From contig OZ199839.1 in NCBI GenBank assembly GCA_964304625.1, positions 8,878,328 to 8,942,327 of the forward strand: DNA of 64,000 nucleotides. Reading direction: 5' to 3'. Below, one piece after another: positions 1 to 14,390 of the stretch; position 1 is the stretch's first letter; every line of letters starts with the position of its first letter. The notes beneath the pieces are model-generated. The model saw nothing but the letters and a program-made list of their open reading frames with translations. It was not told the DNA's origin and ran no database searches. Made by a program: the position numbers and the translations under genes. The DNA is from Kudoa neothunni. Taxonomy: Eukaryota > Animalia > Cnidaria.

Positions 1-3000
1 TTGGACCGGTTCAACGAGAACAAATCACTTAAAGTATACAAGAAAAAGATCAAAGATCGCTTCTGGAGTGATGTGTATGCGGGGGCGAAAGTATTCTACC
101 TGACCGGTTTTAAGTATTCGTCGTACGGCAAAAGAGAAATAATTAATTTGGCTCGTTTTATTTCACTTGCCAAACCACCTCAGCTCTCATGGAGAACCTC
201 ACATGCCTATCTGATTTGTGATCGTATGGAAGATATAACCGATCCTGAAAAGATCCGTCAATCGAATAACAACTGCGATCGTACCGTGGCCATATACGGT
301 TACGTTCAAGGGACACATTTGAAATCTTCACAAAAAATCCATGTGATGGGAGTTGGTGATTATTCGATTGCGAAAATTGGATATCTACCAGATCCATGTC
401 CATTTCCTGATCACACCAAAAATCGTCGACTCGACGTTAAAGAGAAATTGGTGTATGCACCATTCTCCAGCATCAACAACATTCTTTTCGATCAAGACGC
501 AGTTTATATTGATGTTGGTCAAAGTCAAATGTTTCAAAAGCGTGACTCATCCACAACTGCCAATGACAACGATACAGCACTAGCTGACAACAAATACATT
601 AGTGCGATTCTCGATATGAAATATTCGTTGAAAGACAAATTGAAGGCATCCACGTTTGCACTTACAAACGATGTGCTTTTTGAAGATGAGAACACAAGCG
701 ACGAGGATGACAACTCACAGCTCGTAGAAACTCAATCTGAAGAAGAATCGGCTGATAATAATCGATCGCAGGTGTCACTGCCATCAATCATTGATTCCAA
801 GCGTATACGAGCAACTCATCAATCTCTTACCCTCCATCTCCCACATGTGGTACTGAAACAGTTGATTTACGGTAAACAACAAGATGATCAAGTAGTGGTG
901 GGAGTAAGCAAGCATGAGAAATTGGTGGGTGACTTGTTTTTTGAGAAAACCAAATCTCCCAAATTTGACAACAGTATCTATGATTGTACAAGAACTTCTA
1001 ACAAATATGACCCACACGCACTAGCTGTTGATCAGCTAATTTCAAGTAAAGTCGATTGGATCAACACTCCCAAACAATTGATCTACAAATATTTTGTTAC
1101 TGGTCAATCTGAGAATCTGGAGCGAAATCTTAATAATCTCTCCAACGCTGGTCTATCTACCTCAGTAGGAACGATTGATGGGGATGACGATGTCGATGTA
1201 TTCGGAGATTTTGAGGATTTGGAAGAAATGGAAGATTCGGAGCAAGATCCACAATCTTCATCTGAAGAACAAATGTCAAGTGATGATGATGATGAGATGA
1301 TGATGAAAAAGAAACTGGAAAAGAAACAATTATTCGATAGTGCTTACGATTCCAAACAACTTTCCACATCATCGAAATCTAAAACAAAATCTGATATAAA
1401 TGGTGTTATTAAAACTAACGATGAGAAATATACTGAGGAAGAAGAGCGCTATTTGAATGAGTTGAAAAAGGCCGCGTTGGAACAAAAGAATGTATAATCT
1501 GTTTAATTATAGTAGAATTAGTTGGTTCTTAAATTATCATTTAAAGATGGATGACAACGAATTCAAGCATCTTCCTGAGGAGCAACGTGTGTTGTATGAG
1601 GGCTACCGCCCTGGCATGTATGTTCGTGTGGAAATTGTTGATATGGAGAATGAGTTTGTGACAAACTTCAATCCCAAATACCCGCTGATTATGGGTGCTA
1701 TTCTGGCTGGGGAGGATCAGATGGGTTACTTGAATTGTCGAATTAAAAAACACAAATGGTATCGACGTGTGCTGAAAAACAACGATCCGGTGATTGTTTC
1801 ATTGGGCTGGAGACGATTTCAAACCATCGCCTCCTTCTCCATGGAAGATCATAACAAACGCAAACGATACATCAAATACACCCCCGCTCATCTGCATTGC
1901 TATGCAACATGTTATGGACCTTTGACAACGCCTGGTGTGGGTGTATTTGCACTGCAGGTTCCACCTTATGTTCGAAAGGTATTTGTTTTGAAGAGATTTA
2001 GCGTTGAACTGGTTTTAGCGTGAATTTCGAGTCACCGCCACTGGAGTTACAATAGAAGTCGATAAAAGTTTGTCAATTGTGAAAAAGTTGAAGCTTATCG
2101 GTACACCTTGTAAAATATTTAAAAATACCGCTTTTATTAAGGTATTATTTTTCGAGTTTATTTCTTAAAATACATTGGTGGCTTTTCAACATTAACTTAA
2201 AAGCAAGTTAGTTCCGATTGTAGTATTTTTGATAATTAGGCTGTTAATATTATATTTAAGTTAAAATAAATATTTTATAAAAATATACATTTTTTTAATT
2301 TTTAAGCAATATTTTTTGAAAAACGCAATTATAAAAGAAATTCTACAAAAGGATTTATAAAAAGGGTTGTTGGAATCATATTATTATGTTTGCGCGTGCG
2401 TTTATTTATGTGTGGGATTAAATTCGTAATTTGTCTATTGTGCCCCCACCCCAATTAATCTCCACATGTGTATTGCGCCTGCGCGAATTTTTTTATCCTC
2501 TGCTCTTCTATTTATGAGTTGTAGGTAGATCAATTTTTATAATCCACTAATATTAATTATTTCTGACCAATTTTTGCATTCTTATGAGATAAAAATAATG
2601 AGCTATCGTAAACTTTCGATACTGCTTAATTCGGAATTGCGTAATTCATTAAATTTTAGCACATTTTATGGTAATTTTATGATAATTTTATCTGGATAAG
2701 GAGAAAATAACAATAATAATTAGTGAAGTCAGAAACCCATTTTTGATGTTTTAATTTTATGTATGGTGTAAAATAATTGTATAGTGAGAAAAAATAGATA
2801 TTCTTGCTATTGCGTAAATTAAATTCTTGATTTTAATCCTTTTAGTCTTCATAATGCTTTGCAATAAAACCCGAAAATGACTCGTTCTCAGAGAAATATT
2901 AAAGATAAAATAGAAACAAATAAACGTTATAATTTATAATGTAAAGAATAGTGACTGGCAGGTTTCGAATTTTCGAGTCATAGCTTAAAGGCAGTGGCAC

Positions 3001-5671
3001 CATCCCGCCCTACTGCTGGCTGCGCCTGTGTTAACTTTGAATACGATCTTTATTAACAATCGTTACACCAAATAGTCAAAAGAACCGAGGGTCTCCATAA
3101 AATTAACGATTTTTTTTATAAGTATTTGTATTTTACGCTTGCTCGCGCATCGATCTTGCGTAATTTCTTCTTGTCGTCAAAAAGTTTAGCAATATCAAGA
3201 GTTTACTGTATAATCAATTCTGCGCACTGGGGGTTAAATTTTATAGGACTGATAATAATAAACTAATAAACTCTACATATTAGGGATTAAATTTTATCGA
3301 CTGAAACTAATGAACCGTAGTCAATTTTGTACATTTTTTTAATTCGATCAGCCTAAAAATAAGGCGGAGACCATTCTCACTGTAAATTTAAATTCCATAA
3401 TTCATGCGCATGCGTTTTAATTTTTGATTCCAATAACTCTTACTTGCGAGCTGTATATAGGTTTAATTTTTTAGAATCTGCTCTATTTAATTATATTTCA
3501 TGTGCATATGAAGAACTTTTAAGTATTTTTTGAAATATTAATTTTTCTGAAATAAACAATTCAATTTTGATAAATTAATTACTATTTATTCTTTAATTTT
3601 ACATTTTGAAAATTTGCGTTTTCGTAATTTTCGTGGAATTTATGACTCTCGCTAATTATTAGATTGCAAAGTTTAAACAAATATCTTATAGGTTTTTTTC
3701 TAATATTAAAATTGCGCCAATAAAAACGTATATCTGAATTGAATGTGAATGTGAGGTTATTTAATAATCATTATTTTATGAGGACGAATTATTTTTGTGA
3801 AATTTCTATTTGACATTAAAATCGACAATAGTTAGATATATCAAACATTGGATAGTTTAAATTTAAGCATTCTGATTGAGTCATTCAACTCAAATATTTT
3901 TCTAACTGTTATCGTATTTGTGACAATGCAGAAAATCTAAGACTTGATATGTCGCCACCTTTATGATTGTTTTTTTGTTTTTTGTTATTGTAATTTGTGT
4001 TAGGGAATGTTTTCGGATGGATTGGAAGTGGCTAAATTCGAGGGAGCCAATATCAGCACAGTCAGTGGAATACGTGGTCATGTGAAGAAAGCTGATAATG
4101 TAATTTATTTTATTAACTTTTGGTATTATTCTGTGTGTGTAGTCGAACAACGGAAACTTCAGAGCCACTTTTGAAGATAAAATTCTCATGAGTGACATTG
4201 TGTTTTTGAAAACGTGGGTTCCAGTTGAATTGCCAAAATTCTGCCTACCAGTTAAAACCCTTTTACTTCCTACCAGCAACCGACTCGAATGGGTTGGCAT
4301 GAAAACAGTTGGTACATTAAGATTCGAGCAAAACCTACCATATCCCGACAAGATCGATTCCCACTACAAACCTGTAGAACGTGAACCTAAAGCGTTCGCG
4401 CCATTAGTTATCCCCAATAAACTACAGAAAGAACTTCCCTTCAAAACCAAACCTAAAGTTGTGGTTCGGGCTGCCAATCTGCCTTCGGACCCTACGATGG
4501 TTGGACGTGTGTTGGAACCAGAAGAGAAAAAGGTATGCTTTCAACTGCTGCGCTATCGAGCTAAATAGTTTATATTTTTTACTAAATTAAAGCTTCACTC
4601 CCATAGGACTCATTCTAATGTTCATCATAAATGAAATATTTTAAAAATTGATTGAATTGGCGAAATATCGTTCGATGCTAAAAGCATATTTTTTTATTTT
4701 CAATAAATCTGAATATGTTAATATAAATTTTCCAAAGCTTGTTAAGAAAATGCGATCTCCGCGTATTTTTACATTTTCGAATTTATTTTGGTGTTAAGTT
4801 ATCATTATTACAAAATTAATCTTCAACAATATTATTCGGAAATTTTTAGTTTCATTTGGTATAGAACCGCTGAAAATAATAATTGATATCAAATTATATA
4901 TTTGAAAAAATACTTAATAATTTTTCCTTGTCAATTCTAACAATTATTCATTGGTATTTTAAGATTACCAACCTGAAAAATCATAATAATTGAGTTATTA
5001 ATTTTCTGAAAAGTTTACATCCGTTCTAGATGTTGTAGTTATTCGGAGTGTTATTAAGCCAGTGTATTGTATCTCCAAAAATATCGAGATTATCGTGATT
5101 GAATGAATGCCGAAATCTCTTTATATAAAATTCATAGTAGACTTTTCTGTAGTTAAATTTGTTTTGATTCCATATATAATATCTATTATTAGCCCAATCT
5201 TTCATTTTTAATCATTTTCTAAACGCTCATGAAAATATTCATATATACCTCAATATATGTGATAAAAATACATTTAATTATCATAAAATCATCAATGCAA
5301 TGAGATTCTGAATAATTGGTAAAACTTATATAATAATCTAACAAGACAGTATAAATTATAAAATCGAGTTAATCATATAAATATATATATATATATATAC
5401 TTATAATTATTTATCTTTTTATGTATTAGATAACTTTACAAAACTCTCGTCAAATTGTTTTACTGTATTTTTTATCTAGGCAATAACGCTGATGAAAGAA
5501 ATTCTCTTATCCAACAAAGACATCAACGACAAACGAGCATTAAAGAGACGTGCTGACACTTTGGAATACCAGCGAAAGAAAGCTAAGGAGGAGAGCGAGC
5601 GTGCTAAATCGTTAAAAATGAAACGCAAAGATCGATTTCGAAATATAGCGGCGAAAAAATCAAATTTTTAA
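1..5671 (+). CDS. BMS1: Ribosome biogenesis GTPase BMS1, 5'-partial. Exons approx <1-1491, 1547-1978, 2019-2141, 4004-4099, 4143-4532, 5480-5671
   Basis: BMS1 motifs: [126 protein letters not shown] introns join the frames; basic C-terminus ends at TAA 5669-5671. Confidence 0.96.
5381..5399. repeat. (AT)n microsatellite in the last BMS1 intron
   Basis: atatatatatatatatata. Confidence 0.9.
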
Positions 5672-5725
5672 CAAAACAATTAGCATGTAGATGAGATGTT
5701 TAATAGTGTGTTGTAATATTGTTTT

Positions 5726-8018
5726 CTATGGTGCGTTTTGATATACATCAACTAGGTTGACCTTAGGATTTTTGTAGTTTCTTTTCCTGAATGAGTTTAA
5801 AATGTGGATTATTTTGATTTTGTGAATTCTAACAAATTCGCCGATCAATCTCACCTCTTCCAACACCTTTTTGGGTTGCTTTGGTAATTGTCTGCAAATC
5901 TCGGCGAGAATATGTTGATATTCTATCAAATTCATACGAGACGAGTCAAAGTCACTATGCGTTGTTTGTTTGTAGATAAAATCGGAGGGTGTGTAGGTGC
6001 GATTGTTTTGTAGTTGATGGTGGAATATTCCCACCAACTTTTCGCAGATGTGCACATTTGTAATGTAGCCCATAAGGTAACTTCTATACAAACGCAAATA
6101 GAGGTCAGGGAACACTGAGATATGCCAATGGGTGGCAAACGAAACCAAAAAATGATATTGTTTGAATTTTTGTGACAACACCAAAATCAGTCCTATTAGG
6201 AGTGGATCGAAGAGATTGTCTTCTAGTTGATGTTTGAGGGTATAAGCCAGCAACGCAGATACCGCATAGTGTAATACATCTTCACTACATTTTATCCAAC
6301 AGAAATGATTTGACGACAACGCGTGAATTCCATTGCCAACATATATGGTATCGATCTGATGGGCTTCTTCTGAAGTCATACACCACAAACTTCTCACAGC
6401 AGGTCCATTAACATAGTCACCGTCCACCAATCGTTCAAAAATATCCGATATTAGTGTGACAAACATTTCAGCGTTGTTCTCCAAAAAATACGTAGGCAAT
6501 CTCATCAATCGGGACACAGTACTCTTGTAAATCGACGAGTTTACATCATTTTCGTCAAATGTACCCAGCATGGCCTTGTTCTCAATAAGATTTTTGTTGG
6601 TAATACAATCGGTTTGTAAAAACAGAAGAAACAGTTCCGAATGGTAAGGTTGGCATTCCATCAGAAACGTCACCAGTTGGCGTGTCAAACATATATTCCT
6701 CACCGATGCACATAATAAATAATCAATCCAATGCAAATACACTTCTGCCATTTGAGAGAGTGGACGCGATTTGGCACCACCAGACATCGCTAACAATGAT
6801 GATGATGATGATGGATCATCACTGTCATTGCTATTGTTAATATTGACATTGGCACTGAGATTAACATTGTTGTTAGAGGTATTGTCTATCCCACCCACCC
6901 CAAATGATGATTTCACAAAATTCCTTATAAACAAATCATAATTCAGACTGAATATGATATCGTTAGAGTTGGAGCCTACCAAATGGTAGTAGTTGAAAAC
7001 ATGGTGGAAAAAGCTGAGGAAAAATAGCAACTGATTGGCAGACGCTATAACATCGGTTCCAACCAAAACAGCTGTAAGAGTATCCAAAGTTGGAACAGCA
7101 GACTCCGTTGGTGTTGGTTTGGTAGTAGAAAACATGCCAACAGCTTCATCGGAAACTATTGGCAGATCGAGATTTTTAATGATAAGATGAATAGATGTCA
7201 TAAAGGAGTTGTAGTCGGTAAGATATTCTTGGTTTTGACACAATCCCTTCGTGACTATGCCTCTATCGGTGTTGTTCTTGCAAAACAACATAAACTTTCT
7301 CATTATTGTCGGAACTATGTATCCTCGAAAAATCAACGAAACAGTGTTGATAATGTTTCGCACAAACGAATCCGAATAAAGAAAATTCTCAATGTTCTTA
7401 TCCGAAACTTTGACTTTGTTACGTCGAGCAACCACCACAAACGGTAACATTGTTCCAACCAAATATGGTGCATAGTGGTCGAATAGTTCACGCTTCTCAC
7501 AGTTGAACAAAAAACAATCATCAAACTCTTTGAACAATCTGACAGCTATTTGGAGGCGGTGATTGGGACAGAAATCCCAAATAAATATTCTCAGGTAATA
7601 AGCCAACGACTCACGACTCACACACCAGTTGATCGAAACCCATCACAACCCAATCTTTAGGAATGTATTCAGTGTTGATAAATATACTGATCAGCGCTTT
7701 CTGGTGGTGTTCACTGAAGGTAAAACTTAGCTCGTGACACACTGGAAAGTAGTTCTTCACCAATATGTACACTATGTCGTCGATCAAATTCTTCACTCGA
7801 TTATCGGTTTTGAATTCAGCCATCAATATCAACAAAAATTGACAGAGCGTCTCTTTATTGCCCTCATCCAACAATGCATAGAAGTAGGTGAGCACGGCTT
7901 TAAAATTTTGAGGGTTCAACATGTAATCACTCAACATGGACACCATCGTCGAATCTTTATGCTTTTGCAATGGTGAACGTTGTTGGTGATTGCTTGTGGA
8001 TTTGGAATTTGAGTTCAT
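5726..8018 (-). CDS. Intronless alpha-helical protein of about 770 aa, probably a shortened, divergent Mediator subunit MED23. Split into two ORFs by a frameshift in a TG run at about 7620
   Basis: ORFs 7611-8018 and 5726-7621 overlap at CTGGTGTGTGAGTCG. The C-terminal half resembles MED23 segments in the expected order, as I recall them: LPTYF...ISDIFERLVD (cf. LPIYF...FDIVIHRFLE), LWCM (GWCL), VLHYAVSALLA (ALHVTCVELMA), LIGLILVL (AIGLIITAL), LVGIFHHQL (IGVAFYDML). Judged by eye only. Confidence 0.5.
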
Positions 8019-8950
8019 TGAGTCATCAAAATTTACTACAGTCTCACGTTTAGACGGTCAAGTGAACTTATCTACAGAAGAAAAAAGCCAGCGCAGCTAC
8101 GAAACACTATATAAACAAACGGGATCTAGATAACGCTGTTTGATAACGACCCACGCCCAACCAACTATATTTTCTCGACAGCCGATCGATATCGGCCATT
8201 CGTTGTTGGTCATTTATTTTCTTTTATTGAAATAATGATCGTGATGAAGTAAATATGTTTGTTGATTGTGAGATTTTGTTATATTTTCAATAATTTTTTT
8301 TGACGATTCATCCCGAGCAAACACTATCGTATTAAAATATATTCCGGTTTTAATAACGTGTTCCAATTTAAGATGTTACTGAATAGAAAAATAAGTGGAC
8401 AGCCACAACACCATTTCAACCAAATTTTTTAGGGGACCTATCGTATTTTTTCTTCGCCTTTTAAACGAGCTTATCATCAAAATTTAATAACTCTTTTAAT
8501 GAGACTGTTTGAGAAATTCCTTTTCGAATTGATGGTCTCATACACTACATTTTCGAGTTAATTCAGACTGTTCAAATGTGGTGAAGGGAGTTAAGGAATG
8601 TTAATTATGCTACAGATTTGTGAAGTTATTTTTCCTAATCTTCATAACGAATGTCGGCTCATCAAAGACCCTAAACCGAAAACAACGAACAAACTATTAA
8701 TATTATAAGTCGATAACGGGTATAACGATTTACTTATTTTTTTAAATAAATCCATACAGATCTAAATTTTAATTAATATTGTGCCCTTCTATATCGTAGT
8801 TTACTTTTGGGGGGTAAGGAGATAATCCATAAAGCACAACGCGATGGATGGTAATGTAAAGTAATCATGTTTATCACTAATTGCGCCTTTAAAGTATTAC
8901 CGAGTATTGAAATTCTTGGTATCTAACGTCCAACTAATAACGCTTTAAAG

Positions 8951-9100
8951 CAGGGGTCTCCAAAGATTTTATTAAAAATGTTAGAGTATATTCAGCTTTT
9001 TGACTGGAACAAATAAAAATATGTGAAAGATATTCTAATAATATTCTAATTCCGATATATAATAAAATGAAAAATTATATTAACCCTCCAAAAAGCTTGT
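8951..9100 (+). mobile_element. Nested orphan DNA-transposon ends: hAT-Charlie-like end at 8951 and piggyBac end at 9084
   Basis: CAGGGGTCTCCAAA at 8951. TTAA|CCCTCCAAAAAGCTTG at 9080-9099 matches the left TIR of the piggyBac element at 19069. No partner ends found. Confidence 0.4.
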
Positions 9101-9674
9101 ATTAACGATGTAACATCAAGATATATTAGAAAAATTTATGAAATTTGTAGCTTTACCACAATGAATCTATTTTTCATCATATATCATATTCAACTGACCT
9201 ACCAAGTTAGGTGGCTTGTATATGATTATAGTTACATACTTTTGCACATATATAAACACAACGGCAGATTTTAAGACTAACTTACACATACATAGAAAAG
9301 TTAATAAGATTATGTTCCTTAGCTTAAAGGCGCTTGAAGAGTTTTTGAAGTGTCTGCAGGGTTTCAAACGACATTTTCAGATTATTGTATTTATTTTCGT
9401 GGCTTTTGTTTGTAGTTACGATTCAAGTCAATGTTAAAAATTAGATTTAACCTTCTTAGATGATTATAAACTATCGTTATTGTTTTATAAATTGTTAATT
9501 ACAATGAGTACTGACGATCATTAATAATATTTAAGAAAAATAAAGCCAGTGTATTTACTAGTTTTTATGAGCTACAAAGTATCTGTACATAAACGAACCC
9601 CATTTAATTACATAAATAGGGAAGGTGGAGTTCGATTTTAATATAAAAATAAACAACAAATGTCATGGGGTAGA

Positions 9675-9900
9675 TTTTTTTTGTTTACAAGGTCAAACCC
9701 TAGGCGCAACTTGTTAGGTCGTGAAATTCGGGCTGGTTAGGTCTTCTCCATTCACGCTTTAGGCACCACAGCGTCATATTACGGCGACTTACGTTTATGC
9801 GGTAGTGTAGGAATTTAACCCACTAAACATCACTGTTTCGAAGCAACAACTACTCAACCGTACCCTGGACTAACCCAGAATTAATCTGGGAAAGTCGTCT
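9675..9900 (-). mobile_element. 5'-truncated SINE copy, same family as 59875-60391
   Basis: Reverse complement aligns with about 60165-60391 (agacgactttccca...ggttaaa...ctaccgcataaacgtaagtcgcc...cctaacaagtt...gggtttgaccttgtaaacaaaaaaaa) and ends in an A-run. Confidence 0.88.
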
Positions 9901-10079
9901 AGGAATTTATTTGAAACAAACTTACCTGAAATGTATGTATATTTACCAACAATTATTGTTTCAGATGCGGAGCCGACGTCTGCGTTAGTATCCTCTTTAT
10001 TTTATATTAATGTTAATTGATTAGTTAATCGTACGATTTCTAATTATCTGAGATTTCTTTTAACAGTTTTCAATAGTTT

Positions 10080-11210
10080 TTATCTCTACCATGTCCCATG
10101 CTTCATTCAGCGTATGAAAACAATCCATAATCGAGTATTTGAAGGATGTTGAAGTATCCTTGTCGGACAGAAACTTTCTGGCCAACGATTTGCGAAGTTT
10201 GTCTTCAAACTATGAATGATGTCGAAATCCATTGGTTGGTGGAAACTGGTGATGTTTTTAGGTAGGAACAACAATTCAATGTTATTAAAGTGGTTCGTTA
10301 AATTGGGATTAGACGGGCATTGATCAAGTAGGATAAGGACTTTTGTATTTTCTTGACTGAACTTGTTATCTAAATTTTTTAGGATTTCCAAGAATAGAGC
10401 CGCGGACATCCAACCATTTTTAGGGACTTTAGTTTACTGGGAAATTTTTGACCCCATTCAAGCAATAGCTAATATTGTTACCCTTTTTCTTGGATGTTTT
10501 GTTCCTTTTATACCAGATTCGTGCTTGGTGACATACGTTTGCTGAGATAATTGCTCGTAGAAAAGGGCGGCTTCGTCCATATTAATATCTTCCCGTTTAT
10601 ATTTATCAAGGATATTAGAATTATTGCTCATCCATTCGGGGATAGCACTTCCAGCCTCTCCGCGTAACCTGAAATTCACCAAACAAACCTTGTCTTGAAA
10701 TTAGAGAACCAAGCTTTACTGCAATTAAAATCATTAATCTTAAGAACTTCAGCTATTTTCTCAGCCTTTTCTTAAATAATGAATCTAGGAATATTATTCT
10801 TCTTTTCCCTTTGGAGAACAATCCAGTTGAATAGTAGATTTTCAAGCTCATCAAATTTCCCGTTTTTTATTCTAATACGACGACTATCAGAAAAATTAGA
10901 ATCGACGATTTCGCTTTCCTTAGATAACATTCTATCCAACGAATAATAGTCTATGTTTTTTTAATAATGATTAGAAATTAATGCTGATATGACACCTAAC
11001 CATTTCAACTTCTGTAACACTTGAAAAGACGGAATAGTCGGATTATTTTATGGATATAAAGCCACGCAATAGCAAGACCTTCGATTTTCACCGATTTTAC
11101 ACTAAAAAATATATTCTATTAAGCATATAACAAAATTTCAACCAAATAATTGTACAGTGTGATTAAACAAAGACTACGAATTGAAAACCACGCAAATCGA
11201 GACCTTACTG
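10080..11210 (-). mobile_element. Decayed pogo/Tigger-type (CENP-B HTH + DDE_1) transposon
   Basis: Fragments KFDELENLLFNW...IKEKAEKIA (CENP-B HTH), INMDEAALFY, KRVTILAIA, VLILLDQCPSN, IELLFLPKNITSFHQPMDFDIIHSLK, with frameshifts. Candidate end TA|CAGTAAGGTCTCG on the minus strand at about 11210. Confidence 0.88.
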
Positions 11211-12489
11211 TAGTTAGCTTTTGTATGTATCCCGGCGTTTACTGCATCCTTCCTACTTAATTTCGGATTAGGAATAACGGAACGCCCGGACTAGGCTTTG
11301 AATTCGCAGAAATAATTATTGTTTTTTTGATGTCTTATGAAGTACCTCAGAAATATACGGATGAATAAATTGCCGAGTGTATAAATGTTCATGAATCACC
11401 AATTGGGTGAATTTTAAGACGAAACCAAGATGGTATTTGTTCAGTAAGTAAAAAGATGGTGAAGGTGACCGCAGACAAAAATTTTCAAGAATACACAATT
11501 GTATTCTCATGTGTTAACGACATGATTTAATGCCCTATGGCTGATTACCTCAGTCGTAACTAGGCCTTCAAAAAAGCAAGGGTTTGGGGATTATGCTCTA
11601 ATTCGAAGAGATTAAGTCAATGTATTAACAGGATTGTGTGATTCGTTCACGATGGATTTTTGTAATCATGTTGGAAGAAATTTTCCTATGAAAATTCAGC
11701 GGTGCACTATTTTATGGAATAAACTATTTTATTTCTTTAAAAATATCCGCTAAATCACAGTAGTACAGAATCTCTGTACGAAGTTCGGGCGGTATCGCAT
11801 ACAAATCGGAAATAAATCTTAAGTCGAGCACATTCGGATTCACGGGAATCTCCACGTTGTTGATAAATACATCAAAAAAATTATTATTTCTCTATAACTT
11901 TAACAAATTCGAAGTCGTTAATTGTTCACTGAATATTTATTTCCGATTTGTATCGGTTAATAATAAATGTGTGAATTGAATGTTCAATCTTGTGACTTCG
12001 TATTTAAAAACAGAACTTCCCCGTTTATTCTATTCAAAATAGGGACGAAGATGTTTCAATTTAACGATGGCATTCCTTAATGTGGTTTTTAGTTTATAAA
12101 TTTTTTTTCATAGTTTATTCATGATTAAAAAAATGTTATAACAACATTTGTTCCAAAATTCCAACATGAATATTTTTAATTTATTTTTTTTATTTATATC
12201 CATTAAATAATTAAAACTAAAAATATAAAATAATTATTTGTTTACTAAAATTAACTTTAAAGTTAAGGAATCGTCACAAATCAAAATATACGATTTTTAA
12301 GCATTCTAGGTAAAATCAATGGTGGATGTTTGGAGAGTTTAAAACTAATATAATTAATTTACTGAGATGTATTATCTATCAAAAATTTACAAAGTCATAT
12401 TGCAGGGCCATATGTGGTATTGATAATGAGAAATATTCTTCATTGGTTAGCAATAGCGTAACAAAGTTATTAAATCTCTGCGTCACACG

Positions 12490-12545
12490 AAAATTTCCAC
12501 CTCCCAATTAAAAATGGGATAGAAATCTACCCCAGGTTTTTTTGA
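12490..12545 (+). repeat. Short dispersed repeat; related copies at about 33720-33780 (+) and 9620-9675 (-)
   Basis: aaaatttccacctcccaattaaaaatgggatagaaatctacccca vs aaaatttgcaccttccaaat...aaaaatgtgatgggaatctacccca. Confidence 0.55.
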
Positions 12546-14390
12546 TTAAAATTATTTAAAATATAAAATTATATAACCTCGAATAATTTTAATAAATTCT
12601 ATTGATTAGATTTTGATTAAACCAAGAAACATTATTACTAAGTCAGAGTCTAAAATGCTTAGCGTTTTGCGCCGTACGCTCTTGTCTTATCATCAGTAAA
12701 TCTCTCTTGTTTACTTAAAAATGTTCTATTAATGTAGGAGATTGTGTTGTCCTCGATGTTAGGCTTGTTAAGTGGGTTACATGGTTTCCATAATTGGATT
12801 GTATTTGTTTATTCATGGCGACATATATCTATACTGAATTTATATATCCACAATTTCGAGATACATCTTATATCGTTTATCTATCTGTACATTTAAGGTA
12901 GATGTGTCCATTTGGATGTGTACTTAAAGACATTCTTTATTTTTGGAACTTTAATATATTTGGCTTGATAAATACACTTTAAAAGTTTTATAGATGGAAT
13001 TTAATATGGCAAAAATATGAAAATTTGCTAAATTAATGAAGAATTGAAAGCGTATGTTGTAATCAGATGGATTCAATCCTTACACACTGAATCATTATAA
13101 CAACTAAATTTTCTGGAAACTTGTGTTAGATCCAAAGAGAGACGCCATTTAAAAGCTACTACTACAGTGATAGAGGACTAAATTAATCTACCCGTTACTA
13201 TGCTAATAATGCGCGAAAAATATATTCTATAATTAAATTGGACATAGAATCTAATTATTAACGCGCAATGCAACGTTTTATTTTACAATCAAATAATGCT
13301 TTTTTAATATCGTCTTGAATGGCGATACAGTTATATTTTGTTCTTTCTTTAACAATGGAAACACCTTACGTAAAAGTATCCATTTTATAGGATTTTCTCC
13401 CGCTCACATTGAGTTTTAAGTGATTCATAATTTGGTTTATCCAATTTTTTCGCACATTCTAACTTAAAACTATAGTACGCAATCGCAATCGCAATCCATA
13501 TAGGATTAATTTTATTTCCGTTAGTTTTGTATGTTATTAAGCGAATAACTAAATTTTAATCGATCATATTATCTTTTTATACTTTATTTTATCACGAAAA
13601 CAGTGGTACACAACTGATTCTAGCGTTTAAAACCGAATCTAGCAACTTAGAAAGAATTAAATACTACATGAGATTTTTAAAATAATTTATTATTCATATT
13701 TATTTGTGGCAAAAAATATTTTGGAAGGCGATTTCACTATTCGGGAAACCAAGTTATCGATGAGTCCCCCTGACCAAGATAACTAATGATGTAATAATGA
13801 GCACATTTTTATGTTTTTTCTCCTCACAACAGAAATTTTTTTAAAGATTCCTAACACTGATAATCCTATACTACCATTAACATTAGAGTTCAATTTTTTT
13901 GTTCATTTTAAGTGTAACTATGCCATGGTTATCAAAAATATCCTCATACGGGTAATAAACAAAAATTTATGAAAATAACTACGAAAAATAGGCGACAGAT
14001 AGATTATTTCGAATTTAATTAATATCTATGTAGAGTACGCTTGAAAAAAAGCGATCATTTTGTTTGAAAAATTATTAGGGGTCACTCGCTCTATAACACC
14101 CAAAACTAAGGGAAACAAAATTAATCTTCTACTCCTGGCGCATGCACTATTGCTGTGAAAAGAGACACTATCATTTTAGTTGGGATTAATACCTCCAGCC
14201 TACAAATCACGAAAGCGTTCACTTTGTTTAAGACCGATGAAAATAACCGACGAGATTATTAAATGAAGTAAAAATGTATTGAATGCGCCCAACAGTTTTA
14301 TAACGAGTTGAATACTCGGAGAAAAAAAGACGAAACTGAAATAAATTTAAATTTAGTTAGAATCCCACATTATATTATTGTACAATGATT

